Both the position numbers and the translations under genes were made by a program. From Calcarisporiella thermophila CBS 279.70 (Eukaryota; Fungi; Calcarisporiellomycota), in NCBI RefSeq assembly GCF_041956535.1, contig NW_027192202.1:583474-647473 (forward strand): DNA of 64,000 nt, written 5' to 3'. Below, one piece after another: positions 1 to 11,215 of this stretch (positions are counted from its first letter, which is position 1; each line of letters begins with the position of its first letter). Below the pieces are notes generated by a model. It worked only from the letters and a program-made list of their open reading frames with translations, made no database searches and was not told the origin of the DNA.

Positions 1-341
1 TCTCCACATCGATTTCCTACTAGCCAGGCAAAATAAATACATGCATTAACTTGCTCTTTTATCTTGGCATTAATCATAAGCCATAATTATAGATCCGCAC
101 TCCGATAGCTATATATTATGGGGACAGTGATAGCCTTGTCAATATCGAAGACCTCCTCAAGAATATCCCAAGGCCTATCAAAATCCAGAAAAAGGCTGGA
201 TGGGAGCACCTTGACTTTTTATGGGCTGATGGCATAGAAAACGTTTATTATGACGTTTTGGAACTGGTGAAGGGGTTCATTCAAGAAAAAGAATTGCGAG
301 AAAAGCTCAACCCTGATAACACGCTTGAAAATAATAACTAG
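1..341 (+). CDS. 3' end of an alpha/beta-hydrolase lipase / sterol esterase (Tgl1/Yeh-like), partial
   Basis: Not in the ORF track. Spliced translation SPHRFPTSQ|IRTPIAIYYGDSDSLVNIE...WEHLDFLWADG...* matches the C-terminus of the acid-lipase family, with the catalytic Asp in GxxDSL and the His in HLDFLW. Intron 28-92, stop TAG 339-341. Confidence 0.85.
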
Positions 342-667
342 CTTTCGTCTTAAAATGAGGAAATGTAACTTGGCAGCCCATGGACAAGGCATCGTATCTT
401 AGACATTTTACCTTGTTTAAGTCATTGTATCTATACTTGTGACACACACCTGTGAAATAAATAGCTTGTGAAATATAGAGCTTTGACACTTGGTTAAGAT
501 GAATGCAGGAATTGATATTTCTTTCCGTCGCCTAATTGCAAAAAGGAGATAATTTATTTTTTATTTTGAAGCGCGAGTTAGGAGATGCTAGAGAGGGGTG
601 TACACCCAGTCGCCCATCTATTAAATATATCAACTAACATGTAGTTTTTATGAAAACATGCTTTTTA

Positions 668-1263
668 TCATTCTACTTTCTCCACTTTCTCTTGCACCCG
701 ATTAGCACGGGTATAACTGACTGCAGCCAGAATCAGAGGGATAACCAAATAGGGTGTATAGAATGAAAGGAGGACCGCTATCTCTTTGAAGAGCAGATTA
801 TGAGCTGGATTAAACACCACCTCAAAAAGAACCGGGATGACTGTTGTGCTTGTATGAGTGCCATAAACCAGCAAAGGAAGATGACGCTTCGGGTAATCTA
901 ATAAAAATATGGTAATAGGTTGAGCGGAGAATAGTTCCCATAGATGTAAAAGCATAGACTACCTGTCCAAATTGCCCAAGTGGCCCAAAAGAAAAATGGA
1001 AGTTGATAGATGGCCTCGCAGTACAAGAAACTGAGGAACCAATAAAACCCTCCCTCAGCTACGCCAGACATGAAAGGATCACGGAAAGTCTTAATGTACC
1101 AGAGTGACAATTCTTTTAACGCAGAAGGAACAAGATGAGGAGGATATAAGGCCTGAAGATCCATAATCATTGTAATAGGGATATGAGAAACAAAATAAAT
1201 TAGAAAAAGTTTATCAAGATACGCAAAGAATAATGCGCGTTTGTTGTGCGTGCATGCCGACAT
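668..1263 (-). CDS. EXPERA-domain membrane protein (TMEM97/sigma-2 receptor/Ema19-like)
   Basis: YFVSHIPITMIMDLQ, DPFM, EAIYQLPFF, YGTHTSTT and YTPYLVIP motifs. One GT-AG intron at 898-962. Confidence 0.88.
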
Positions 1264-2302
1264 TTTAACGGGAATCAAATACAGTAAGAGTGGATAAACT
1301 CGTCGAGGTTGATTGAAAGTATTCAAGTAGCCGAGCCACATTTATTGGATCTTTGTTATGAACGCGCAAATTGAAAACAATTTTGGCAGCTGCATCCATG
1401 CATTTAGAGTATTTCAAGACTCCATGTTTCTTATGCAATCATTGCAAGAGAAGAGTGCCCATGGATCAACCTTACGCGCATTCGATTGCAGATGGTGAGC
1501 ATGTGCTCAACCGACCCAACTGAACAAAACCCAGTTGAGAATCTAGAGCAGGGTGCTCTGGTAGTCAGGGAGCAGGAGCTTTCCATTAGTGCGTCCCTTT
1601 AGAATACGAGTGACGTATCTGCCCCAGGCATTCACTTTCAAGCCTAGGTTTTTTGGAAGGGTTCAAGTCTACCTAGTAACTAAACTCTCTGTTGGGATAG
1701 CAAGGGTGAGGGTATGATTCTGGACCATCGGAAACTTTCATCACTTATGACAAATTATCATATGCAATAAAAATTTCCGGGATTGTCACCTCAATAAAAG
1801 GAGAGACGTAACGACGGTTTTGAGGAGACTAATATATGAAAGTCAAAAAGAAGTAGTGGTCCTAAGGAATTGTATTATACATTAAAATTAGCGAAAGGTT
1901 AGACTAGATAGGTTTAGTATTCCAATTTCGCGGAACATATAATCAATAAACAAATTCATTAAAGCTAATCGATATTCAAAAAAAAATTTTTTTTCCCCGA
2001 TAAACATTTTCAGATGAGGTCCTTGGGTGCAGAAAAGAAGTTGCAATCAAATATTGGTAATTATGTACAATACAAAAGAGAAATTTACAACCTCCGCAGA
2101 TTTTTCCTTAAAAAAAATAGCAAACATGAACAAAAACACGGAAGAGGGAGAGAAACAATATAAAGGCGTCCACTAGAAGCATGAAACTTTACAACACACT
2201 AATAATTAGAACTAATAATAGAAAGAATAATGCAACAGAAGAGAAGCAAGAATGTAAAATAAGATCCTTTGAAATGTCGGCGCTACTATTTTTCTCGACA
2301 AC

Positions 2303-3338
2303 TCAAACAAAGCCGGCGCGTTCACGGTACATATATCTCTGCAACACGGTTCCCTTTTCCTCCAACATAGTTGATGAGACTGTGTCAAATGATGAAGCCA
2401 TGCATATTGGTTTTAGGGAACTATCGTACTCTCGCAACAACTCATCATAGCGGCATTCGATTTCGTGTGGAGGCGAAGGGTAATAGGCATCGATAAAGTG
2501 CTGTACGGCGTCTGCTTCGTCCCCTGAAGGGGAATCTTCTAATGATGATAAGAGCCCAGGAACACCTGAGCGACCAGCACTCAGGCGAGAATAGTAGCTA
2601 GGTATGCTGATGGGAACAAGAAAAACCGAGAGGTGTGCATAGAGATCAGATTCTTGTACACGCAGTTCAAAATCCTAAAAGAACAATCGCTTCATCAATG
2701 ATCCCACTTGCTAAACTTTTCGATCGATTCTCCACGTGTGCCTTACCAAAGACGCAAGAAGTTGCTTTTCCATTAAGTTCACTTCTGGTGCTGAAAATAC
2801 CCCACCCGAATAACGGGCCCAGTGTTTATTCTTTGGCGAAGAATCGTTGAGGGTTTTTGCAGTTACGATGAGGGTGGCTAGAAATATTCGATGCCTTGTA
2901 CAATGCATACCTGGAAAGGAAAACAGAGCATTTCAGCATCATCCCCGTAATACGACAAGTCCCCCTGTATATTAATTTTATGCTCCTTGTTCGAAGAGCA
3001 CGAAATCTTAATGCTTACCACGGGCTGCTCTAGGCAGTTTACGTTTGAATCGATCGAGAATCACAAGTGTTGTAAGGAAAGTGGCAGTGGACACATGCGA
3101 ACGGGAAACAACTTGCGATATAAAGGTTTCTAACGGGGGCACGATGAGAGTTCCGGGCTGACGTTTTGGGCTGCACTCGATGACTTGATGGGCCATGGAT
3201 GCCACGTAGGCTATAATAAGAGCAGAGATTAACACCTCTAGTGATGGGTGAAAAGTAGAGCCATGTGCTACCGATCATCTCTGAGGTAATCGGGCTCTGG
3301 ATTAGCTCGGAGAGGGATGAGAAAACCATGGTGGGCAT
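2303..3338 (-). CDS. Pho85-type cyclin (Pcl1/2 family)
   Basis: PPLETFISQVV..S.V...TFLTTLV.LDR, GMHCTRHRIFLATLIVTAKTLNDSSPKNKHWARYS, EVNLMEKQLL..LDFELRV. Four exons; the last exon (not in the ORF track) ends at TGA 2303-2305. Confidence 0.9.
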
Positions 3339-4185
3339 CCTTTGTGGATTGCTGTGAGAAACGCGCAGGGATGGAGGGGAGGCGAGTCAGGAGCGCAACA
3401 TACAAGAGGCGAGGCGAGGGTGGGCCGCGACTGAGCGAGAGGGAGAGAGAGAAAAAGCGGCGAGGGGGCGAGAGGGAAACTATTAAGCGAATCGAGCGTA
3501 AAGAGCCGAGGTTTAATATATATATCTCCGGGGGAGGTTATTTACAACGATCAAGGAAAAAAAATTTTTTTTGATCAGCACCGCCCCTTTTAAGGCAATA
3601 TTAATATAGTGCGGTTGGCGAAGTCGACACCCGCCGCAGTCTCAGAAACAGATCAGTGTTCAGCAGAGTCAGTGCGGATAAGCTCTCTTTTTCCGTACTA
3701 GCCTGAGACGGCATGACTGCTGCGGCGCCGAGCGTGGAGTCGAGGCGATTGTCGTCCCAAAAAATCGCCCGCCCGCCTGTCTCCCATCGCGGATATTGCC
3801 CCATTATCTCCACGTCTCGATGTTTCCCCGAATCTTCTTCGGGAGAGCCTCGGCCATTATCACGGATCTATGGCTGAGGGCCAGTCTGATACTTCTGAAG
3901 GCCGTGCTCGGAAATCGCTAATTTATTTGGATTTTCTGAAAGCCTCTATGCGCTAATAGGATAGGAAATATAGGAAGCTCGGGAAGAGTAAAAAAACGCG
4001 AACAGTAAAAGTCAACGCATACATGATGCTCATGCATCAACCTCCCATTCATAGGATATTCTGAAAAATAAAAAATAACATCAAACACGGCCATCTCCTA
4101 TGGCCAGTTCTCTCTATTTTGCCTCAAAATGAAATTCATGTTCCATGCCCGTTGACTCATCCCTCCTCCATAAAAAAACACCCAT

Positions 4186-6809
4186 TTAGATTCCACCCCC
4201 ACTGCGATCGGTGCTGATTTTGCTAGTCTGCTTTACTACCTCGGGTTTGGAATTGGGCTGGGCAAGTAGCCTTTCATGGACAGAGGACATGACCTCAAGG
4301 AATTCATCAAATTCCACCTCTCCATTATCACCGTAGTTGAATTCAGCCTCCGTTAGGATGGCATCAAGATCGCCGCGTTCAAGCTGAACTCCAACGCGTG
4401 TCAATATCTTTGGGAGGTCCGTGAGTGGGATATGTCCATCTCCATCCACATCCGATTCAGCAAATGCGCGTGAGAGTGCGGAAAGCTCCTCCGCTGAAAA
4501 GCGCGCACGGGAATAAATCATCTGCGATGGCTTGCCGAGCGCGCTCAGAAGCCGTTGACCATAGGCCGTGTCAGCCTCAATAGGCTTGCCGGTGGGAGTT
4601 TGCTCCTCGGTGATGGGATAGATTATTCTCGCCTTCGGATCGTTTGGCAGGCCCATGGCGTACAAGAATTCAACCGTCTGCTGGTATTCCTTTTCACGCC
4701 TGGCCTCGTCCCATCCAAGCTCCTCAGCCATAATTTCAATGACTCGAGGCAGTGCTTCAAGCGAGGCTTGCGCATTCAAAAAGGCAAGTCGGGTACGGCG
4801 TGCCAGAACATCGACTGCAGTGCATGCGTACTCACGTCGAACGGCAAATCGAATCTCAGCCTCGATGTAAGGGTAGAGAGGTGTGATGCGGATTCCGAAC
4901 ACAGGCCATCGGTGGCCAGTGGCTTTGGCAAGAGCAGCAACACCCCATGCGCGATCACCATAGCTATTGCTCAAGTGTTGGGCAACCTCGGTTTCGAGAC
5001 CGAATTGCTGAATCAGACGAATAAACATCGTCTTGGAATATCCGTGCGAACCCACCAACTTGATATCATGCGTGCGGCATTCGCTTGTAGGCTCAAGCCC
5101 TTTATAGGTTACTCAATCAGAAAAACGAGAATTAAAAATGGGTTATTTCATGTTGCTCACCAAAGACCTCGATCGCCTTATCGACTGTATCGGCAGCCAT
5201 GGCACGATACGTGGTCCATTTACCTCCCGCAATGGTGATCAGCTTGTCTTCACTCACATTAATCATATGATTACGCACAAGAGCAGCAGTGTTCTCGGCT
5301 GCGGGATCTCGTACCAGGGGCCTAATTCCGGACCATGCAGCAAGCACATCTCCTCGTCGCACCTTTACATCCGGGCTCAGATATCGGCGCACTTCATCCA
5401 ATATCCATGTAATCTCCTCCTCCTTGGGAAGGGGGTTTGGAGTTACCTCGGTTGGGGAATCTGTTGTGCCAGCAATGGTGTTACCCTGCCATGGCAAGAA
5501 GAAAATGACACGGCCATCACTGGTAGACGGATCAATCAGCCCCATGTTCCCAGGGCTATAGTAATTTGGCAAAATAATGTGCACACCTGCTGAAGGTGCA
5601 ACGATATCCTGGGCTTTGACGTCGTCCATTTTGCGAATCGCGTCCGTGAAGGGTCCCGTTGCATTAATGACGCCCTTTGCGCGGACCGTCCATTCCTCAC
5701 CAGTCAGGGTGTCCCGGACCTTGGCGCCACGAGTCACCAAAAGGCCCGACTCATCCTTCTCTTTGATTAACTCAGTGACCTCTACGTGATTCGTAACCAC
5801 AGCATTGTGGGAAATGGCGGTCAAGGCGAGAGCAACATTCATTCTAGCATCGTTGTGTTGTCCTATATGTCAGCATAAAAAAAAGGGAGATGCTTTAGTC
5901 AAACCAACAGAAAAATGTCTTTTCATCAATGAAAAGTTTCCAACCATCATAGTATACTAAAGCCCCAACTAGCTTCTCCTTCTTTAACATTGGGAAAGCT
6001 TCCAAGGCCTTTCCACGAGGGAGGAAGTAGCTGCTCTCTAGGCCCTCGCGACCTGCAAGAATGTCATAAGCCTTACATCCCGCCCAGTAATAGGGAACTT
6101 GCCACCACCTAAGTGAGGTTCACAAAGTTAATGCCACTCAAATTCGCACCGCAAATGAATGAACGCAAATTATTTACTTGTAGACCGGAAGCATGATAGG
6201 AAGCTGATAACTGAGGTAAGGGGCCGTATGCAAGAACGTTGACCGTTCATAAAGCGCCTCCTTCACCAATTTATATTGCTCATAATCAAGTTCCTTAACC
6301 GCTTTTTCTAAGTAGCGCACACCACCATGCACCAACTTAGTAGAACGAGAGGATGTTCCTGAGTATAATCCACATTTTAGAATCGAAAATGTAAACCGTA
6401 AACAAAGCAAATCGACTCATTCCCTACCGGATGCAAAGTCATCTCTTTCCACTAGTGCAACGTTTAGTCCTCTTGTTGCTGCGTCTAGTGCCACTCCAGC
6501 ACCTGTTGCCCCACCGCCGATGATAAGCATGTCAAAAGGCTTTTCCTGGGAAGACTTCAACTTGGAAATCATTTCCTCGCGAGAAGGCGGCGTCCAGAAA
6601 GCATGTGGTTTATTGGGACGATTCTCGAGCTGAACGGCCTCGGCTTGCGCTTCGCGAAGGAGAAGGGAAGAGTGATCGAGGGGAGAGGTGAGGGTTGCAT
6701 AGCGACGCTTACCACGCTCAACCTCCGAGTAAACAAAATAGGAGGTTGCGGCGGTGGTTGTTAAGAGGGTCGCGTAGAGCGTGCGTCTGCGGGTGATGTG
6801 TCGCCACAT
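4186..6809 (-). CDS. GUT2: Mitochondrial FAD-dependent glycerol-3-phosphate dehydrogenase with C-terminal EF-hand domain
   Basis: IIGGGATGAG, GTSSRSTKLVHGGVRYL, INATGPFTD, WSGIRPLVRDP and AGGKWTTYR motifs. Arg-rich presequence. EF-hand DVDGDGHIPLTDL. Five exons. Confidence 0.96.
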
Positions 6810-7522
6810 GAAGCACTAATTTTGATGAATGATGTTGATTGATAAAGAATCGATAAAGGTCGACTTATTTGTTTAGTGTATTTAGGCTCTTTTTGCGCTT
6901 TGAATTTGTGTCCCGGTAGATAACATCTTTACATCATCGAAAAATTGTTTTTTCCGGATAGCACATTCTTCGGCCATACATTATCCACGTGCAAGGGGGA
7001 TATGGGGCTTCTCTCTGGCCTCAGATCTGCTCGAAGTCACGCAGCTCCAATTGGTCCTGGCGCTGACATTGGGTGGATGTATCAACCTATCTCCCAGAAT
7101 GCTCCAATGACAGCGCCGAGGTTTTTACCAAATAATCGGCTCATGGATAAATTACGTTTGCTTGAATCATCATGGCTCAAGCAGAAGGCCCGTTATCACC
7201 GCCCGCAGCTAAACGCCGGTCGAAAGAACAAGTCCTCGACTTCCTCGAGGAGACACCCCTCCGTCTCCGCAGAGTGTGAATTACATTGAGAGCGCGCAAA
7301 AAAAAACAGCATTTAATACTAAGCAAGTGAGGTGAATAAATAGTAACAGCAACATAATACATATATGTAGGCGGGTATATATGTATATGTGTGTGTGTAT
7401 TAGGTGCATTGATAAGTGCTGCGGTAAAGATTTAAATCATTATACAATCGGAAATCAAACAAAAGAAACGCATTAATGAAGAAAAAAAGAGATAAAAAAC
7501 ACAAGACACATTTTCGCGACGA

Positions 7523-10500
7523 TTAGGCAGGCGTGGTTACCCGCGGCTCCACTAGCAAGCTCAGTTGATATAATTCCGCGTCTGATTTTACAAGCTCGAC
7601 CAGCGCAGCACCCAGAAAATTTTGAACTTCTGTCACCTCTTCAAGAGGGTATGGCTCCTGAAAGCGCTGTATCTCCCGGATAATGCGCGCGGTCTTGGCA
7701 TGTCGATCAAAATTAATGAGTTGACGACGTGTACCTGGCATAGTGCGATAGGCGGGATTGCCATCATGAATGAAGGTTAAATCGGTTAGAAAAAGGCCTA
7801 CATGGAATCCATCAGTAAACCTGCAAAATCCCCCGAGTATTCATAGTCAGTGGTTCATACCTAAATAAGGTAGACAGGGTGGAACAAGAGTTTTTAATCG
7901 ATTGCGATATTCTGCGTAGTTTCGACTGTGGTCAATGGTTTGTCGGAGGCCATCGAGCGCCATTCGATACTTTTCGGGCAAGCGATCCCATGTCAGCTTT
8001 AACCTGCTAATTGTGGAGGAATTGAGGGAACAAACAATAGCCATTAATGTACTAAAGTTGTTGAGATGCAAACAGCACTAAAGGCGAAATCATAATTTGA
8101 GTTGGGATATAGAGAGAATATGAGGTGAGTCAAAATGGTCAGGTTACCTCGCCCACTTTGATCCAAAATTTGATAAACGACACCCGCTTCTTCACATCCA
8201 TTTGGCTGACAATGGAATAACTTATCCACGAGGAGATCTAACATTACGTTAACGATCGAATCATGACACGGGAACTGAATCGCGGCCAACTTTCAAAACC
8301 TACCTTGGTGCTTGTCTGTCCAATCTGCTTCACATGCTCTGCAGTGCTCTCATCCGCCTTCTTGGCGAACACGGCTAGCAATTCCCTGGGTTTCAGCGCG
8401 AGGTAAATTTTGCTCTCCAATATCGTCAACTGCCTTGCAAGCTCTAAGGGCTCGAAATCTATAAGGGGCACTTCGCTTGTTGGCGCACGTCTTAGGCTTG
8501 TTAGCAATTGACGAGAGAGGTGAGGCGAAGGTCTTCCTCCCCCGTCTTTACTACTAAGAGACGAAACCTCCGAACTACGAGAAGATGGTAGAGATCGAAT
8601 AGACGGACATGCTAGCGAATAACCCGATGATAGGGCATCGTAGCGTTTCCAGATTATATTCATCATTCGTTCAGCCATCGATTGTGGCATCCCCTCTTTT
8701 AATAACATCTCGGCCCATTCCCGCAACCTCCCAAGCACTTCTTCATCGCCACTCTCCCAATATGTCTCTAGCCACATTTTCAGCACGTTGTATACCCGTA
8801 ATCGTACGGGTATGCGCACCATTTTTTTCCACAGCGTAATATCCTCTTCACTAAGGGGGGGATCAACTGCGGGTGGTCGGATCTGAAACCTCTTCAAGAG
8901 TTGCTTGCACAGCTCCTCAGGAGTAGTAAAGAGACGGAATGTCAACATGAATGCATTCAAGAAATTTGTGTCTAATGTTAGAGTTACATGAGTGCACAAA
9001 TTTTAAAATAAAAAATTGAAACATCCATTTAGATACATACCAGGCATGAATTCGTGGATAGTCAATTGTTCAATAAGTGATTCCAGGCTGGCTGCATATA
9101 TTTGACCAGTCGCGCTGAAGATAATGTCATTCCGATTGTCCTTGTAGCGCACGAACCAAGGAAGGTTCTCTTCGCCCGTAGACTTCTACAATGTTGAAGA
9201 CATAAGCAAGGCTATATAATTAAAATAATTTTTGCTTTAAGCTTACGGTTCTTGCGTATTGCGACGGCGTGACATTAGACAAAGGGCTTTCTCCCGGCAT
9301 GACTGGGGACCCACGGCGGTTAGCTTCGGTTACGTTTGAGAGTGATACAGTACTTGAATTGTTCAGTGGAAAATGTAAATCTTGTCGAGATGAAACTCTC
9401 CGCACTTGCTTTTGAGAGGTAGTCAGTTTTCGCAAGCATGTGTTACAATTACAAGTTTCTTCGTTTTTCCAACCGTGTTGGCGACTTGAATATTCAATAC
9501 ATTTGGGTACACTTCGTAAAACAGGGCCTTGGCCTAACCTATGTGGAGCACTTCCAGCTCGAGGTCGCAAATATGTTCTCGGGTGACCCTCTTCTGTGAT
9601 AGCCACTGCTCTTGACGCACATATGCTTGGATGTACTTTCTTTATCGCGATCAAATTATCCAAACTAGCAGAGCGATGTACAGCATCGGGTCGTCTTCCT
9701 GCCTGTTTCTCGCAAAATGTTCCAGACCGTTTCTTCGGTAGGCGGTGCTGTATTTGGACACGCCCTGGATGTGATAATGATACTGGTACGGAATTGGTTT
9801 CGCATCCCGACTCTGTAGAATTATCAAGACAGAAACTCATAACGGCGACAAGATCTGTCACGGCCTGTACAATGTTGGCGCATCCCACTAAGAGATCCTG
9901 TCTCTTCCCATTCAACGCCACCTCATTCCCTTGGTATGCATCGTTCGCTGTGCGACTGGAATTATCAATAGAAAGCAACATAAGTTGCTTTGCTGATCTG
10001 CACAACTTTTCCTGTGCATCCTGAAGAGCTTGATAGTGTTTAGGTTGGTATGTCCTCTTGAACATTGCAGAAAGAACATATTCAGATATATTGACCAAAT
10101 TTTGTATGAAAAAAACTGCCTCGCGCGTCAGATGTGTGAGCTCGGTAGATGCAGGGGTGTTGGAAAAGGAGTTGTTGATAAAATTAGTAATGGCTGCTAC
10201 TTGAGTGATAATGAGATCTCTCTATTAGAAATTCAGTTAGCTCCGTATAGTATCTAAATATGCCTTTTCTTTTGACTACCTGTTTTGAGACCTGTTCGCA
10301 TGTAGGATTATTGCATCTCTCGAAATTATTAGAAGCTCCCGATGGACTGGATGGAAAGTACCTCAATGGAGATTGCAAAGTGCCCCGAGTATACCCTGCA
10401 CCAGATATTTGCCATTGCATTTCAGGTCTCGAACGGATAGAAGATGTAACTTGAGCCCTCTCATTAGAAGAATTAGTCTCCAAAGAAGCAAGAGGAAGTG

Positions 10501-11215
10501 TCCGTGCCATCTCGATGAATCCTCCTATCGTCTCAATCAATTCGCTGACGCTTTCTCCAATTTGCTTCACACCTGCTCGTACTCTGGCGCCCGGCTCCTC
10601 GGCACTGTAGTACACTCCAACTCTTGCCTCCTCTCGCGCTGCTCGTATCACAGAACGGCACTGAACAATCAAGAGTGAGAGTGCGTCGAGAATCATTTTT
10701 CGTTTCATACCAAGTTGGGGATAGCGACTAAGTACGGGTGTCATGTTCTTTGCCACTCCCGCAGTTGTAAGCAAAGCGCGTGTATGAGAAATAATATGTG
10801 CCACCTGTGGTTGTAACTGAGAAAATGCTCCTAGTTTGCAAGCAGTTGTAAGCAGCCTGAGATCATGCACAAGCTTCGATTCTAGTGCTTCCCAAACTTC
10901 GTCTGGAAACACGCTGCAATTCCACTTTGAGGGTTGACTGCTATATGAGTTGGACTCAAGATTCGTATTTATGGACTCAACTTGGATGCGGGGTGGGAGA
11001 GATGCTGGGATGGTATCATCGCAATGGAAAATAACATTTTGATGGGATGGCGGTTCCGAGTGTTCGATTTTACGGCTATTGGAGTCATTTATTTTTGAAG
11101 TAGTATAGGGAAGTTTCTCCGAAAGAACCATGGGTGTAGATGATGCATTAATATCCCAATTGATCACGGAAGGGGGGAATTGATCCATGAAACCGAAATA
11201 CTGAACAGGTATCAT
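7523..11215 (-). CDS. Ras guanine-nucleotide exchange factor (Cdc25-like; REM + CDC25 domains); 5' end uncertain
   Basis: FLNAFMLTFRLFTTPEEL and RLRVYNVLKMWLE (REM); PLELARQLT, LNNFSTLMAI..LNSSTISRLKLTW, PCLPYLGLFLTDLTFIHDGN and INFDR (CDC25). GT-AG introns join all the ORF pieces. Confidence 0.9.

Noticed and set aside
1621-1680. tRNA or tRNA-Sec (GGTTCAAGTC T-loop-like sequence; TTCAA)
   Set aside because: No acceptor, D or T stems can be paired into a cloverleaf.
4555-5789. Long plus-strand ORFs (227 aa, 151 aa and others) over GUT2; similar ones over RasGEF, NUO51, DUG1 and the 37-kb and 42-kb genes
   Set aside because: Antisense or alternate-frame shadows of real coding exons, with no motifs of their own.
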